Source: Opitutales bacterium (lineage in GTDB: Bacteria; Verrucomicrobiota; Verrucomicrobiia; Opitutales; UBA2987). Taken from it: DNA of 64,000 bases. The notes beneath the pieces were generated by a model. It did not search any database. It worked only from the letters and a program-made list of their open reading frames with translations, and was not told the DNA's origin. The stretch spans positions 96,001 to 160,000 of the forward strand of contig CBDDEL010000010.1 in the NCBI GenBank assembly GCA_965226885.1, written 5' to 3'. A program made the position numbers and the translations under genes. Positions 48,544 through 60,165 of this stretch are shown here, piece after piece (the first letter of the stretch is position 1; each line of letters begins with the position of its first letter).

Positions 48544-49666
48544 TGTCTTATTTCTCCACCTCTTGGGCATTTCAGCCAATAAAATAGGCCATAATGTCCA
48601 CTTGGTAGTTTAGACCATGATGAATACAACAATAACAAAAGAAGCGTCCGAAGCGTCCGAGATGCCACATTTTTTAGTCCATCGACTAGGAAGGACAGTT
48701 CTGAGAGCAATATTTTTATCGATTCAGACCCTAAACATACACACGCTTGCTCCTAGTTTCCTTAATGAACCGACGGCCTGCCGGAAAACCGGTTTTGGTT
48801 CCAGTATTGTGTATAGGGTTAATAACATACATACGTTTATTCCCTGCTCTTTTGGCTACCGTCGTAGCACTTCCTTCCTATTCTCTCCTGGATATCTTTT
48901 ACTACTCTACTTACTATCTTTAATATTAAAGACTTTCTTTTCCGCCCTCTTTTTTAATTTTTCTAGGAACTCTGCGTACTCTTCATCGGAACTAAAGTGC
49001 ACTTAACATACCGATCTCCCCTATCTAGCTCTTTAAGAAATCCGCCTGTCTTAATTTCCATCAATAATCATAAAAAAACTATCATCCATCTCCGCGCATT
49101 TTGGGCAAAAAAGCCCTTCCCTCATACGGGGCCTTCTTAGCTCAATATGGCCGGTTTTTCTTCTCAGATTGATCGTCGTCCTCATTTTGTCTAAACCGCC
49201 CATTCTGGGGTCTCCGTTTAATTGTGTATAAGGTTATAATCCAAAAATTGCCTATTTTTCGACTATTTTGGTCGTTTGAAGTATTTTTTGCTTTTGTTGG
49301 CCTTATGTTAGAACGATTCTGTCGACCTCGAATTTTACTCTTAATTTTAACACAATTTTATAGCCAGGCCCTAGAGAAAAATTTCCGCGTTAAGTATGGG
49401 ATGACTACAAGGACGGCACGACCTATGGTTTTAAGGCTGGCACATACTCGTCCAATAGGCAATCTATCATATCCTAAGGTAAGTATGTTAAATTCAATAA
49501 TCTTTAATATTAAAGACTCGATTCAAGGATTTTTAAAAATGGCCCAGAAATTGTTTTATGTAGAAACAGGCACTTGGCTAGGGCTGGGCAATGAAAACGA
49601 TTTCTGGGGGCATATGAAGAGCTTTAGCGCATCATTTATAAGGCAATTAAACTGCATTCATTAACT

Positions 49667-50353
49667 ATGAAGAAAAAACAATTAAATGATACCGCTGCGG
49701 CGAATAAGATACTGAGAAGGTTCAACAATAAATATTTGAAGCAGGCAAGAGAACGCCATACTAACCTCAGGCGATTAATTGACCACAGAACGGAAGACCA
49801 TGTTCTGGAGCTTACCCTGACCTTTCCCAAAAGTTCTCAGCCGATAAGCCCACAAGAACTTGGCAAAAGATTTAACAGCTTTGCTACAAATCATCTTGAT
49901 AGAAAAACTTATCGGGGGAAAAAAATGTTTCCAGAATGGATTCGGTTTATTGAACCACACTCAAATGATTCAAAGAAAACGAGGTATACGAAAACTCTTC
50001 CCAGGAAATCTCTCCACGTCCATGTAATTCTTGGAGTTTCACCCAGTGTCAATCATCCTATGCGGGAATTTGAGGATTATGACGATTTCGATGCAGCATA
50101 TACGCCTCCTCAATGGTTGACTGATTGGATTGAGGAATTGAAAAAGGTTTTACCTAGATACGGATTTGGATTACAGTACTCGGTAAATCCCATAAAGAGT
50201 AATAGACGTTCGTTTGGAAAATACTTTGTAAAAACGATCCGAAAGTATGCTGGGAAAAATGGAAGACCTAAATACCTAAAGAGAGTACATCTTGTTACCT
50301 ACGGTGGTGGTTTTAAAAATAATATTACTTCTAAGTTGTGTTATCCTTTTTAG
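49667..50353 (+). CDS. HUH rolling-circle replication initiator-like endonuclease
   Basis: Motif I LTLTF, motif II LHVHVI, motif III KYFVK in canonical order. Confidence 0.72.
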   Translation: MKKKQLNDTAAANKILRRFNNKYLKQARERHTNLRRLIDHRTEDHVLELTLTFPKSSQPISPQELGKRFNSFATNHLDRKTYRGKKMFPEWIRFIEPHSNDSKKTRYTKTLPRKSLHVHVILGVSPSVNHPMREFEDYDDFDAAYTPPQWLTDWIEELKKVLPRYGFGLQYSVNPIKSNRRSFGKYFVKTIRKYAGKNGRPKYLKRVHLVTYGGGFKNNITSKLCYPF

Positions 50354-50805
50354 AACGAGATATCATTTCTAATATTTTAACATACACACCATTATCTCTC
50401 TTGGATAGTGTATTTCAAGGATTGGCTTTTAAGCGGGGTAAGACAAGGAATATAATATATATATACGCGAGGGAAATTTTTATGATTTTGGGCACATTCC
50501 CTCAGGCAGAATCATAGCAATTGGATACTTTGTGAGTGGATGACTATGGGGGTCAGCATTTATAATACCTTATCAGTCAGCCTTATAAGATAGCTTAGGG
50601 GCCTTTTTCTAAATTTCAATCGGTAACCTTAAGAGGTTCACTGTGTAACGTGTGTATGTCCCAAAATACTCCATTTTTGATTGAGTTGTTTCAAAATATG
50701 GGTTTCCTGCATTTTTATCGTTAGCTTCTTTAATATTAAAGAAATTCTACAAAACAGGGGGCAGAATGAGATTTTTTTTTGCCCATTCCGTGTGCAAGGC
50801 ACCCC

Positions 50806-51024
50806 TTAGTCATGCCTCAGCCTGTCATAAACCACTTGGTGGCACCGCGTCAAATACTCTGAAACACTTAACCGGCACATTTGAGCCGCCTGCTTCATTT
50901 CTGCTTTATCGTCCGCCGTCACTCGCATTTGCACGGTCTCCTCTTTTACCAGTGCCGCCCGAATTTTTTCCTCCGGGGTTCTGGAAAGTAGCTTTGATAG
51001 TTTTTCTTTCTTTTTTGCGCTCAT
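50806..51024 (-). CDS. Ribbon-helix-helix protein (DUF1778/MobC-like)
   Basis: VQMRVT..DK..M..AA....LSVSEYL; ATG overlaps the resolvase stop. Confidence 0.65.
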   Translation of the reverse strand: MSAKKKEKLSKLLSRTPEEKIRAALVKEETVQMRVTADDKAEMKQAAQMCRLSVSEYLTRCHQVVYDRLRHD

Positions 51025-51707
51025 GCTAATATTTTCTCCTGCCGGTCCAGGATGCCTTTGATTGTTCTGGCTCTCCATTGCCCGCCCTTCTTCGTTTTAA
51101 CATTTCGGCTTTCAAGGTGACGGGCAATTTTACGGAAACTTTTTCCGGCCCCCCTGAGCTTTTGAATCAAATATATTGCTTCCTCTTCGGCAGGGTTTCT
51201 GGTAAGTGTTCTCTTGTCGGGAGAGAGGTCATAGCCGAAAGGCACCTTGCTGGATATCCTGCGATTTTGTCTGCGTAAATGCTCCATAGCCGCTGTTGTC
51301 CGTTCACTGATTTGATCCCTCTCGAATTCGGCTAAAACAGCGAGCATACGGAATATCATTTTCCCGGCGGCGCTGGTGGTATCGATTTTCTCCGAGAGGC
51401 TTACTAAATCAGCCCCAGCTTTGTCTAGGCGCTCGCTGATAAGGATAGCATCCTTGGTTGAGCGGGCTAAACGGCTTAATGAGTAAACAATCAGGGCTCC
51501 TTTGGATTGGCAGACTTGTTGAATGGCTTTTTGAAGCTTTGGTCGATTGTCAGCCCTGCCGCCGCTCATGGTCTCAATGTATAGGCCTTCTAAGGTGCTT
51601 TCATTGGCTACACACCATGCCCTGATTTTAGCTTCCTGAGCCTCCAGACTTATTCCGTCTTTTGCCTGTCCCTTTGTGGAGACTCGTATATATCCTATTA
51701 CTGTCAC
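51021..51707 (-). CDS. Serine recombinase (resolvase family)
   Basis: YIRVST..Q, SG....RP.L, LSRLARS, IDT.SA.GK, LAEFER..I.ERT. Confidence 0.93.
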   Translation of the reverse strand: MTVIGYIRVSTKGQAKDGISLEAQEAKIRAWCVANESTLEGLYIETMSGGRADNRPKLQKAIQQVCQSKGALIVYSLSRLARSTKDAILISERLDKAGADLVSLSEKIDTTSAAGKMIFRMLAVLAEFERDQISERTTAAMEHLRRQNRRISSKVPFGYDLSPDKRTLTRNPAEEEAIYLIQKLRGAGKSFRKIARHLESRNVKTKKGGQWRARTIKGILDRQEKILA

Positions 51708-51789
51708 TTCTCATAAAGTAATGCCCTTAATCAATACAGTCAATGTGATTTTTGGAAGCGAGCTATGTCTTTAATGTTAAAGACGCATA

Positions 51790-52095
51790 TTGTTCGCGTC
51801 ATTTGGGCAAAACCGCTATATTCTTGATTCAGCCAGCGGATTAACTTCAACAGAGGCCGAGAATGCCTTTGCCTTGTCAATAATCGAGTGTGGAAAATTA
51901 TCCCCTCAGATTGTTGCACGGGAAAAGGCTGAGGAAGTCAAAAAGAACGGCCTTTTGGAAATTGTCTCTACACCTGAATCCTTAAAAAGTATCGGTGGCC
52001 TGGAACTTCTCAAAGAATGGCTCCTTCAACGGAGAGATGCTTTTGGAAAGGAGGCCAGAGAATACGGCCTGCCAGCGCCCAAAGGAATTCTTCTT
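51790..52095 (+). pseudogene. Fragment of a Ycf46-like AAA+ ATPase
   Basis: GLT..EAENAFAL, EK...V...GLLE, IGGL..LK.WL..R, YGLP.PKGILL cut just before Walker A. Confidence 0.7.
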
Positions 52096-53493
52096 TCATC
52101 CATCAAACCGGAACGAAAACATATCTGCGTTCTTGAGCGTGAAACGCAACTGAATAACGCCCTGTTTGAAACCTGGATCTTGAGCCCAATCCACGCGAGC
52201 ATCAACGGCGTCTCCCCTCAGCGGCTGTGATTTACCGACGACTTGCCCGGACTTGTTCAGGGCTTCGATCGTCAACGTGCCGTCGGCTCGTACGACGTAG
52301 TTGACAAGCAGACGCTGGCCCTCGTAACGCAGCGGCTTGGTCGTCATCTGTCCGCCGTCGCTACCCCCGCACAAAGCGACGAACCCGTCCACGCGATAGA
52401 CGAATCGCCGGACTCGGCCCGGTGTCGGTTCGAAGAAATTCTCCGTTGCGTAGACCGAGATTTCGTTCGGCTTGCCGGGCAGTTGGAACATGCCCCAGGC
52501 CATGTAATTGCTGCGGTTGTGGTTGCGGTCCTTGGGAGCCGTGCGCGGAATGACCGCTTCGGCGTAACGGTGGAATTCCGTCCCGTCGCGGCTGGTCATC
52601 AGGATCGGCTCGACCTGCTGGCTCTTGGGTTCGTAACGAGTGGGAAATCCGATGAACAAATGCGGCGCACGGAAATACTTCTGAATCGCATTTGTGTAAA
52701 GATGCTCGTTGGCCGTGCCTTGCGGATAAGTCAGCTCGGCTTCGTTCTCCCAGGTAATGAAGTCTTTGGAGGTCGCGGTGCGGATCGCTCGCACGCCGTT
52801 GCCGAAATAACGCCAGTAGGCGCGGTACTCGCCGCGGTCGGTATCCCAGAACGCGAGGTTCTGCGAGTCGAACGCTCCGTGGGTGATCACGGGTTCCTCC
52901 TGCATAAGCTTCCAGTTAATGCCGTCGGGAGACTGAAACGCATACAGGCCGAGCCGGTAGCTCTGGTCGCCTTGTGACCGCGCCAGCGCCTTATAGCGCG
53001 CTTCGGGTTGGCAGTCCGGGTTGGCATCTTTAAAAGGAGTGAAATTGTGGCTGAACATGCCGTCCCAGATGATATTGTTTGCCTTGGAGCCGTTAAACTC
53101 GACCAAGCCGAGGTTCGGTTTCGTCCACCGGATGCCGTCTTTGCTTTCGGCATAGCAGGTGACTTCCTCATGAGCGGCCTTCTGCTGCTCGTCGTGCTGC
53201 CAGCCGCGATAGATCATGCGGTAAACGCCGCCGTCTTGGAAAAAGGTGTAATAGCCGCTGCTGTTTCCCTCCCACGGCTGGTCGGCGACAAACACGACCT
53301 CTTTCGGTTCGGGCCTCATCAACTGCTGCTGAACGTCGCCCGTGATTTCGCCTATTACATGGTCGTCAACGAACAACTCCAGCCGGTTGTCAACGTCGAT
53401 CGGCTCTGCGGACTCAGCCAACGTGATCGTGCAGAGTGCGAGTACAAAAGCAGACACGGGAGTGTTCAAGAATTGGATGCAACGGAGCATGTT
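52096..53493 (-). CDS. Secreted beta-propeller glycoside-hydrolase-like protein (start uncertain)
   Basis: Signal peptide, RLELFVDD, Asp-box-like S.DG..W repeats, FDSQN.AFWD; GC-richer than the flanking element. Confidence 0.65.
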   Translation of the reverse strand, partial: NMLRCIQFLNTPVSAFVLALCTITLAESAEPIDVDNRLELFVDDHVIGEITGDVQQQLMRPEPKEVVFVADQPWEGNSSGYYTFFQDGGVYRMIYRGWQHDEQQKAAHEEVTCYAESKDGIRWTKPNLGLVEFNGSKANNIIWDGMFSHNFTPFKDANPDCQPEARYKALARSQGDQSYRLGLYAFQSPDGINWKLMQEEPVITHGAFDSQNLAFWDTDRGEYRAYWRYFGNGVRAIRTATSKDFITWENEAELTYPQGTANEHLYTNAIQKYFRAPHLFIGFPTRYEPKSQQVEPILMTSRDGTEFHRYAEAVIPRTAPKDRNHNRSNYMAWGMFQLPGKPNEISVYATENFFEPTPGRVRRFVYRVDGFVALCGGSDGGQMTTKPLRYEGQRLLVNYVVRADGTLTIEALNKSGQVVGKSQPLRGDAVDARVDWAQDPGFKQGVIQLRFTLKNADMFSFRFDG

Positions 53494-53554
53494 GTGTCCC
53501 TGCTGGTTGGAGTGTACACGAGACGGGCAGCAACAACGCAAAGATTGATATTGA

Positions 53555-54982
53555 CCGAGATTTCCCATATGAACATTCATAATCGTTGAAAATAGCTACT
53601 TTCTAATATTTCGATCCAATTTTTTGCTTTCATTGTGATTTGGCAATCCTTTCCTACATTATTTGATGATCAAATCGGCAGTATTTAACAATTATTGCTG
53701 ATTTTCCCTTTGCCCGGTAAAATCAGGGAAAGATCTTTCCTTCTGTTGGAGGTTTCCACAGCACTGATTCCTTTTGTATCGAAAAATCTTCTTACTCACC
53801 CCGTATCAGGTGCGAGTCGCAGTCGCTCTACTCGCTTGAGCATGGTTCGAAACATTTCCCTTGGGATGGCCACCTCAGCCATCTGGAAAGTGATATACTT
53901 GGCATGGTGGACCACCTTCGCTCCGATTTTGATGAGTTTCTCCCGTAAAGAGCTCAGCATCCAGTGCTTCACCTTTAGGGGAAGGATCAACCGGCGCATG
54001 AAGTTGCCCAGATTGTAGGCTAAGCCGAAGAGCTGAAGCCGAACGGCGTTGTCCTCAAAGTCATGGCAGGACAAGCGGGTCCAGTGGATGGCATGTTTGC
54101 CCTCTTTAATCCACTGCTCTGCGGTGCCCCGGTGGTTGTAAAATTTCACTATCTTCCTGGGTGGCCAGTTCAGATTCGTCACGATGAGACCGACCCGCGC
54201 AAATAACTCTCCGGCCTGCCACTCGACCTTGGCCACCACCCGGCGAGCTCTCTGCCAACTGGCGGCTTGATACGAAAAACTCGCATAAAACACCTTGGGT
54301 GCCCGCGAGGGCCGCCCCACTGGCCGAGGGGCGATCTGTTTTTGTAAAATCGTGTTGCTCTTCAGTCGGATGGCGAAGAAAAAGTTCTCTTCCTCAAGGT
54401 AACTGTAGAGGCCCGGATTGGCGAAGGCGGCGTCACCTCGGAAAAAACGTTTCAAGGGACGCTCACGATAGCGGGCAACGACCAGTTGGAGCACCGACAA
54501 CCAATCGTCGGCACTGTGCACGTTGCCTTTACGCAGGTTGGCCCGTTCCAGATCGCCAAACTGGTTGAAACAGAACAGGGGATGATAACAGGTGCAGCCG
54601 AAATGACCGTTGAAGGCCGAGCCTTCCTGCTTCCCGTAAGTAGGGCTCTCCGAACTATCCATATCGAGAATCAGTTTCTTCATCCCCACTCGCCTATTCA
54701 CCCGGTCTATCCATTGACCGCTCATGTCCGTCAGTGCGCTCAGATTCTCAGGTTTGGTTAACATCTGTGTTTCAAAGCGGCTCATTTCACTGGTCGAAGC
54801 CGCCGGTTGCCAATCGGCACGACCCCCCACAATCTGCCTCATAGCGGGATCAAACCGCAGGCGCTCCGCATCATTCGTGTCTTCGTAACCCGCCAGGCGA
54901 CTGAAGACAGACTGGCGAAGCAGAGCGGCTCTGCCGTGCTGGATATTTTTGCCCGTGCGCTCCTCCACGACATTTTCGCTTC
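53555..54982 (-). mobile_element. IS1380 type B copy 2 (divergent isoform), 5' end lost to IS3
   Basis: Same CCGAGATTTCCCAT end; ORF 53796-54968 similar to but not identical with copy 1. Confidence 0.9.
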
Positions 54983-56267
54983 TGATCGGACCCCATCTTT
55001 GCTACCACTTTAAGTGAGAGTATTTCCGTAGGTTTGGTATTGTAGGTTTTGCAGCGGGTGGCGCAATGAGGCCGTAGGCCGAATGGAGCCAGCCGCTGCT
55101 TTGTTGATTGTTCGCCAGAGTCTGGCAAATGTATTTGGGGAGAGAAAGCCTAATCGGCTGTGGGGGTGTTTCGCGTTGTATTTGTGTCGCCATTGTTCGA
55201 CCACCACACGCGCTTCGGTCACGCTCAGGAACAGTTCCTGGTTAAGGCATTCATCGCGCAAACGATTATGAAAGGATTCTATATGTCCATTCTGCCAAGG
55301 GCTTCCTGGATCAATGTATGCGATGGCAATTTCCTGTCGCTGCAGTTCTTCTTTGACTTGGTGGGCTATAAACTCCGATCCGTTGTCCGAGCGGATGCAC
55401 TGAGGTTTGCCGTTCTCTCTTATGGCATCGTTCAATACCTCTACCACATCGGCACTTTTCAGTGAGCGCGCAACCTTAATGGCCAGGCATTGACGGGTAT
55501 GTTCATCGATCAGTGTCAAGAGCCTGAGCGGACCGCCCCGGTCGGTGCGATCCGCCACGAAGTCCCAACTCCACACATGGTTGGGCTGCACTGCTCGGGT
55601 CGGGGTAGCCGTGGATTGGCCCTGCCGGCGACGGCGCTTGCCAGACGGGCGCACACCCAGTCCTTCGAAACGACGCACTTTTTGGACGAATTTGCGACTC
55701 ACGGGCCAACCTTCATGGGCCAACAAAGCGCGGATCCGACGATAGCCATAGCGCGGATGCTTCTTCGAAAAGGCAATGATGCGTGCCACCAGTTTATGCC
55801 TATACTCAGTAGCTTTCTTGGGTTCATACAGGTAGGTTGAGCGGTGCAACCCAAAATACTGACAGGCCCGACGCAGCGAGCACGACCCTTGGGCCAATAC
55901 ATGCTTCACCGCTTCCTTTTTCTGCTTCGGGCCTACCATTTTTTTGCGTTCACCTCCTTGAGCACACGGTTCTCCAGCATCTGCTCGGCTACTATCTTCT
56001 TAAGCTGCGTGTTTTCGCGCTCCAGCTCCTTCAGCCGCTTGGCGCCACGCAGCTCCATGCGGCCATACTTTTTACGCCAACGATGGTAGCTTTGAGGACT
56101 GATATTGTGGGACCGACAGACATCCTGAATGCCTTTGCCTGCGTCTACTTCGCGCAGTATCGTTATGATTTGTTCAGGGGTGTATCTTTTTTGCTTCATA
56201 GGTCTTTCCGGTAATTTCTCCAGAAAGACTCTCACTGGCAATGGTAGTGTTTTCGGCGGTCACATCA
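54983..56267 (-). mobile_element. IS3-family type B (orfA to 55933, orfB 55939-55010)
   Basis: TG...CA ends; A7 frameshift at KKW*/MV.P; WSWDFV.D, RSDNGSEF, PWQNG..ESF. Confidence 0.92.
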
Positions 56268-56466
56268 GAGGCTGTCCCAAAAGGGTGATTTTTGCGAGGG
56301 CTTTTGATAGGCGCTCATTTTAGAGGTATTTGCATTTGGGAGAGTATCAACTTTGCTCTCCTATGACGTTAGGATACTGGTTTTGGGGTCCGGTTGCCTA
56401 GTTTTCTTTGTATGAGCCGACAGTAAGGCTGTGAAAAAGTATTGTCCTTGCTTTTCCGCTCTCTAG
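56268..56466 (-). mobile_element. IS-A terminal fragment
   Basis: GAGGCTGTCCCAAAA end and 3' UTR up to the CTAG containing the stop codon. Confidence 0.9.
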
Positions 56467-57919
56467 CCCGGATATTTCATGAAGGGTAAAGTTTGGCTCG
56501 TTATTGCTATTGGAGATGGATTTCTTTGTATTTTGAGCAGATCGTCTTGATTTTTAGGTGTTTTTCAGGGTGTAGAGACACTGCCCCCTTTCCCCCATTG
56601 GTTCGGTAGTGCCGGGGGCAGCACCAATGCACCCTTTAGGTTGGCACCAATCGGCGGGCCGCATGGTTGAAAAGACTGGCCCAAGGATAACTCTCACTTA
56701 GGTGAAAGTGAATCGTTCGGGTGTTGCGCACGATGACCGCTCCGATCTTGATTAATTTGAGCCGCAGGGTGTGGCATTGGGCCCGCGCCCACTTCGTCCC
56801 TTTTAAGGCTAACCGGCGCATGGCTTCCATCAAGGTGTAGGCCAGCGCCGACAAGAGCAATCGCCACTGATTGGCCCACCATTGATGGGCGCTGGTGCGC
56901 TCGCTGAACAATTGCATCTGTTCCTTGATTCGGTTCTCCATTTCACCGCGGCCACAGTATACCTTGTCGTAAAGCTCCTGGGGATCGCCCGGCAGGTTCG
57001 TCACCACGAAGCGCGGGTTGGACCCCTGTGCGGTGTGTTCGGCTTTATGGATGACCAACCGCAGCCATCGCCACGAATCGGCAGCATAGACGAAGTCCTG
57101 GAATAACCGTTGTTTTTTACCCCTTAGTTCGAACCATTCTTTGGCCTGCTTTTGCAACTGCTGGGCGTCTTGCTGCAAGCGTGCATTGCGAGCCATCCCC
57201 ACGATGTAACTAACTTCGTTGCGGTCGCACCAAGAGAGTATCCGGTCTCGACAAAATCCACTGTCGGCGCGCCAAATAATCCGCGTACGGGGCCAGCTTT
57301 GGCGAATCCGTTTAACCAGCAATTTGAGGATGGCCCCGGCATGCTTGCTGGCATCGATCTTGCTCGGCCGCAGGTAGGCCACCAGCAGCTGATCACCGCA
57401 AAAAACATATAGCGGCAGAAAACAGTAATGATCATAATAACCGTGGAAAAAACGTCCCTCCTGGAGCCCGTGCACCGGATTGTCGGTGGCGTCAAAGTCC
57501 AGGATGATCTCTTCGGGTTCCTCGGCAAAGGAGCCCATGAACTGTTCGACCAACAGCTCGTTTACCGCAAAGGCCGCCCGCCGATCCTGCCCGTTTTCAA
57601 AACGACACAAAGTCGGCGCGCTGGCCAACGTTTCAATGCGCCCCGTTACCGTTTGCAACAATGGATCGTGGCGCAGGGTATCAAAGTCGTTCAAATCCTC
57701 ATAGCCCGCCACCAGCCCGTAAACGCGCTGCCGCAGCATCCCCAATACCTCATGGCGTACTTTGCCCTTCTGCCGTTTGTCCACTAACTGTCGGGCCGCT
57801 CGTTCGGTCAAGCCCAACTGCCGATCCACTTCCCGGATCAAAAGCAGTCCGGCATCCGAAGTAACCTCTCCGCCCTTGAAATCAACCCGCACACGGCGGC
57901 CTTTTACCCTTGTCAACTG
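56467..57919 (-). mobile_element. IS1380 type A copy 4, 5' end truncated by IS1
   Basis: TIR after CTAG; ORF 56636-57916 lacks its N-terminus. Confidence 0.92.
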
Positions 57920-58721
57920 GGTAGTGTATTAAGTAGGAATGGTGGCTAATTCTTGATTATATTGATGAATGAAAAGTCTCAGACAGGTTTCATGCATACT
58001 CTTAAGCTTGGAAAAGGAGAGGGTTTTGCGTGTGAAACGACCCAGTCGTTGGCGCAGGGTATTGTTCCATCGTTCCACATGGGCCGTTTCACCGGTTTCT
58101 TTTCCCACGGATCGGTTATGAGGAAAGACTTCATCATAAGTGCTCCAAAAGTCGCTGTAGGTGGCACATCTTTTGTAGGCCCGTGGCAGACGCTCGTAAA
58201 GTTCCCGGCAACGATACCAATCCCGAGGCCCAATGGCATAGGAGAGGATTTGACGGGTGCGTCGGCAAAGAGCGATCCAAACCCATTGGGCATCGCTCTT
58301 GCGCCCCACAAAAGACCACAGTTCGTCCAGTTCAATGACATCATGGCGGCGGGCCGCAAGAATCGTGCTTTTGAGCGGTCGCAGCGATTGTCGTTTTTTT
58401 TAACCAACTCAAAACGGTGTTGGGACTCACCCCGAAGGCGCGCTGTAAACCGCGTAGACTGCTGCGTTCCTGATAGACTCGAAGGATCATTTCTTTTTGC
58501 TCTTCGGTGTATTTCACTGTGGGGTTTTCGCGGCTTTGTTTACCACAATCATGGCAGCGGTAGCGCTGTTTATGGTTGGGCGTCTTGCCAAATTTAATGA
58601 TATTTTCACTTCCACAGTGCCGACAATTAATAATTTTAGTAACCATGCACTAAGAATAAACTGCCTAACGCTATTTGTACAGCTAAAAATACAAAATAAC
58701 ATTCTTTTTTTATACACTACC
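57920..58721 (-). mobile_element. IS1-family copy 2 (complete)
   Basis: TIR GGTAGTGTAT/ATACACTACC; insA 58646-, insB to 57929. Confidence 0.93.
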
Positions 58722-59954
58722 AAAATACCAATCCGGCAAATGCGATTAATACGCCGGTAGTGTATTAAGTAGGAATGGTGGCTAATTCTTGATTATATTG
58801 ATGAATGAAAAGTCTCAGACAGGTTTCATGCATACTCTTAAAAGCTTGGAAAAGGAGAGGGTTTTGCGTGTGAAACGACCCAGTCGTTGGCGCAGGGTAT
58901 TGTTCCATCGTTCCACATGGGCCGTTTCACCGGTTTCTTTTCCCACGGATCGGTTATGAGGAAAGACTTCATCATAAGTGCTCCAAAAGTCGCTGTAGGT
59001 GGCACATCTTTTGTAGGCCCGTGGCAGACGCTCGTAAAGTTCCCGGCAACGATACCAATCCCGAGGCCCAATGGCATAGGAGAGGATTTGACGGGTGCGT
59101 CGGCAAAGAGCGATCCAAACCCATTGGGCATCGCTCTTGCGCCCCACAAAAGACCACAGTTCGTCCAGTTCAATGACATCATGGCGGCGGGCCGCAAGAA
59201 TCGTGCTTTTGAGCGGTCGCAGCGATTGTCGTTTTTTTTAACCAACTCAAAACGGTGCTGGGACTCACCCCGAAGGCGCGCTGTAAACCGCGTAGACTGC
59301 TGCGTTCCTGATAGACTCGAAGGATCATTTCTTTTTGCTCTTCGGTGTATTTCACTGTGGGGTTTTCGCGGCTTTGTTTACCACAATCATGGCAGCGGTA
59401 GCGCTGTTTATGGTTGGGCGTCTTGCCAAATTTAATGATATTTTCACTTCCACAGTGCCGACAATTAATAATTTTAGTAACCATGCACTAAGAATAAACT
59501 GCCTAACGCTATTTGTACAGCTAAAAATACAAAATAACATTCTTTTTTTATACACTACCAATACGCCCAACCATTCTGTTATATGCAAACGAATTCCAGT
59601 AAAAAGGGATAATATAATTATGGTAATTTGTACTGAACCAAATAGAATGAGCGCACCTGTTCCAGTATCCAGCGTGGTATAGGCATAAGAGAAGGTAATG
59701 GCGTAAAGAAAGATCATGATGCTGGCAAACCAACTGCCTTTAGAGGACAAGTTCTTTTTATTGTTACTTATCTTTAATATGGCTAAAAAAACAAGGGCGC
59801 CTGAAAGTAAGCGTAGAACAGTAAAACTTGGTGCATCAATGGAATTTTCACCAAGCGCTAATCGGCACAACACAGAATTTGCTGCGAACGCAATTAGCGC
59901 CAAAGTAGTAAAAATCAGCGTTCTTTTAATGGTATGCCTTGATTTATCAATCAT
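58722..59954 (-). pseudogene. DMT/EamA transporter interrupted by IS1 and truncated
   Basis: LALIAFAANSVLCRLAL, FSYAY..L.TGTGALILFG.VQ; frame resumes (GVLIAFAGLVF) at 58755-58722. Confidence 0.88.
58756..59559 (-). mobile_element. IS1-family copy 3 (insB frameshifted near 58840)
   Basis: 8-bp TSD AATACGCC. Confidence 0.94.
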
Positions 59955-60024
59955 TTAAAATCTCATTTCGCAGATCAAAATGTACCATCTTGAGGGCAAG
60001 AATAGATACGTTATTGATTTTATG

Positions 60025-60156
60025 GACGTCAAGGTTTGATTTGGGTATTTTTGATTCTTCCCCTAGCCGGGGTGTAGGGGCGGGATCGGCTTGATGCTCA
60101 CTAAAATGAACGCGCATCAAAATCTTCCCGTAAAATCATCTTTTTGGGACAACCTC
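60025..60156. mobile_element. Orphan end of an IS-A-related element (left limit approximate)
   Basis: TTTTGGGACAACCTC+TA, one mismatch to the IS-A TIR, different internal sequence. Confidence 0.5.
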
Positions 60157-60165
60157 TAATCTAGA

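Larger units (their letters stand above)
45882..51783. repeat. Dispersed 16-bp palindrome TCTTTAATATTAAAGA, 5 copies
   Basis: Perfect at 45882, 48917, 49501 and 50727; one mismatch at 51768. Confidence 0.92.

Noticed and set aside
48617..49664. ORFs 48617-49006 and 49224-49664 as genes
   Set aside because: No motifs, atypical composition, overlap the repeat motifs; likely noncoding or decayed
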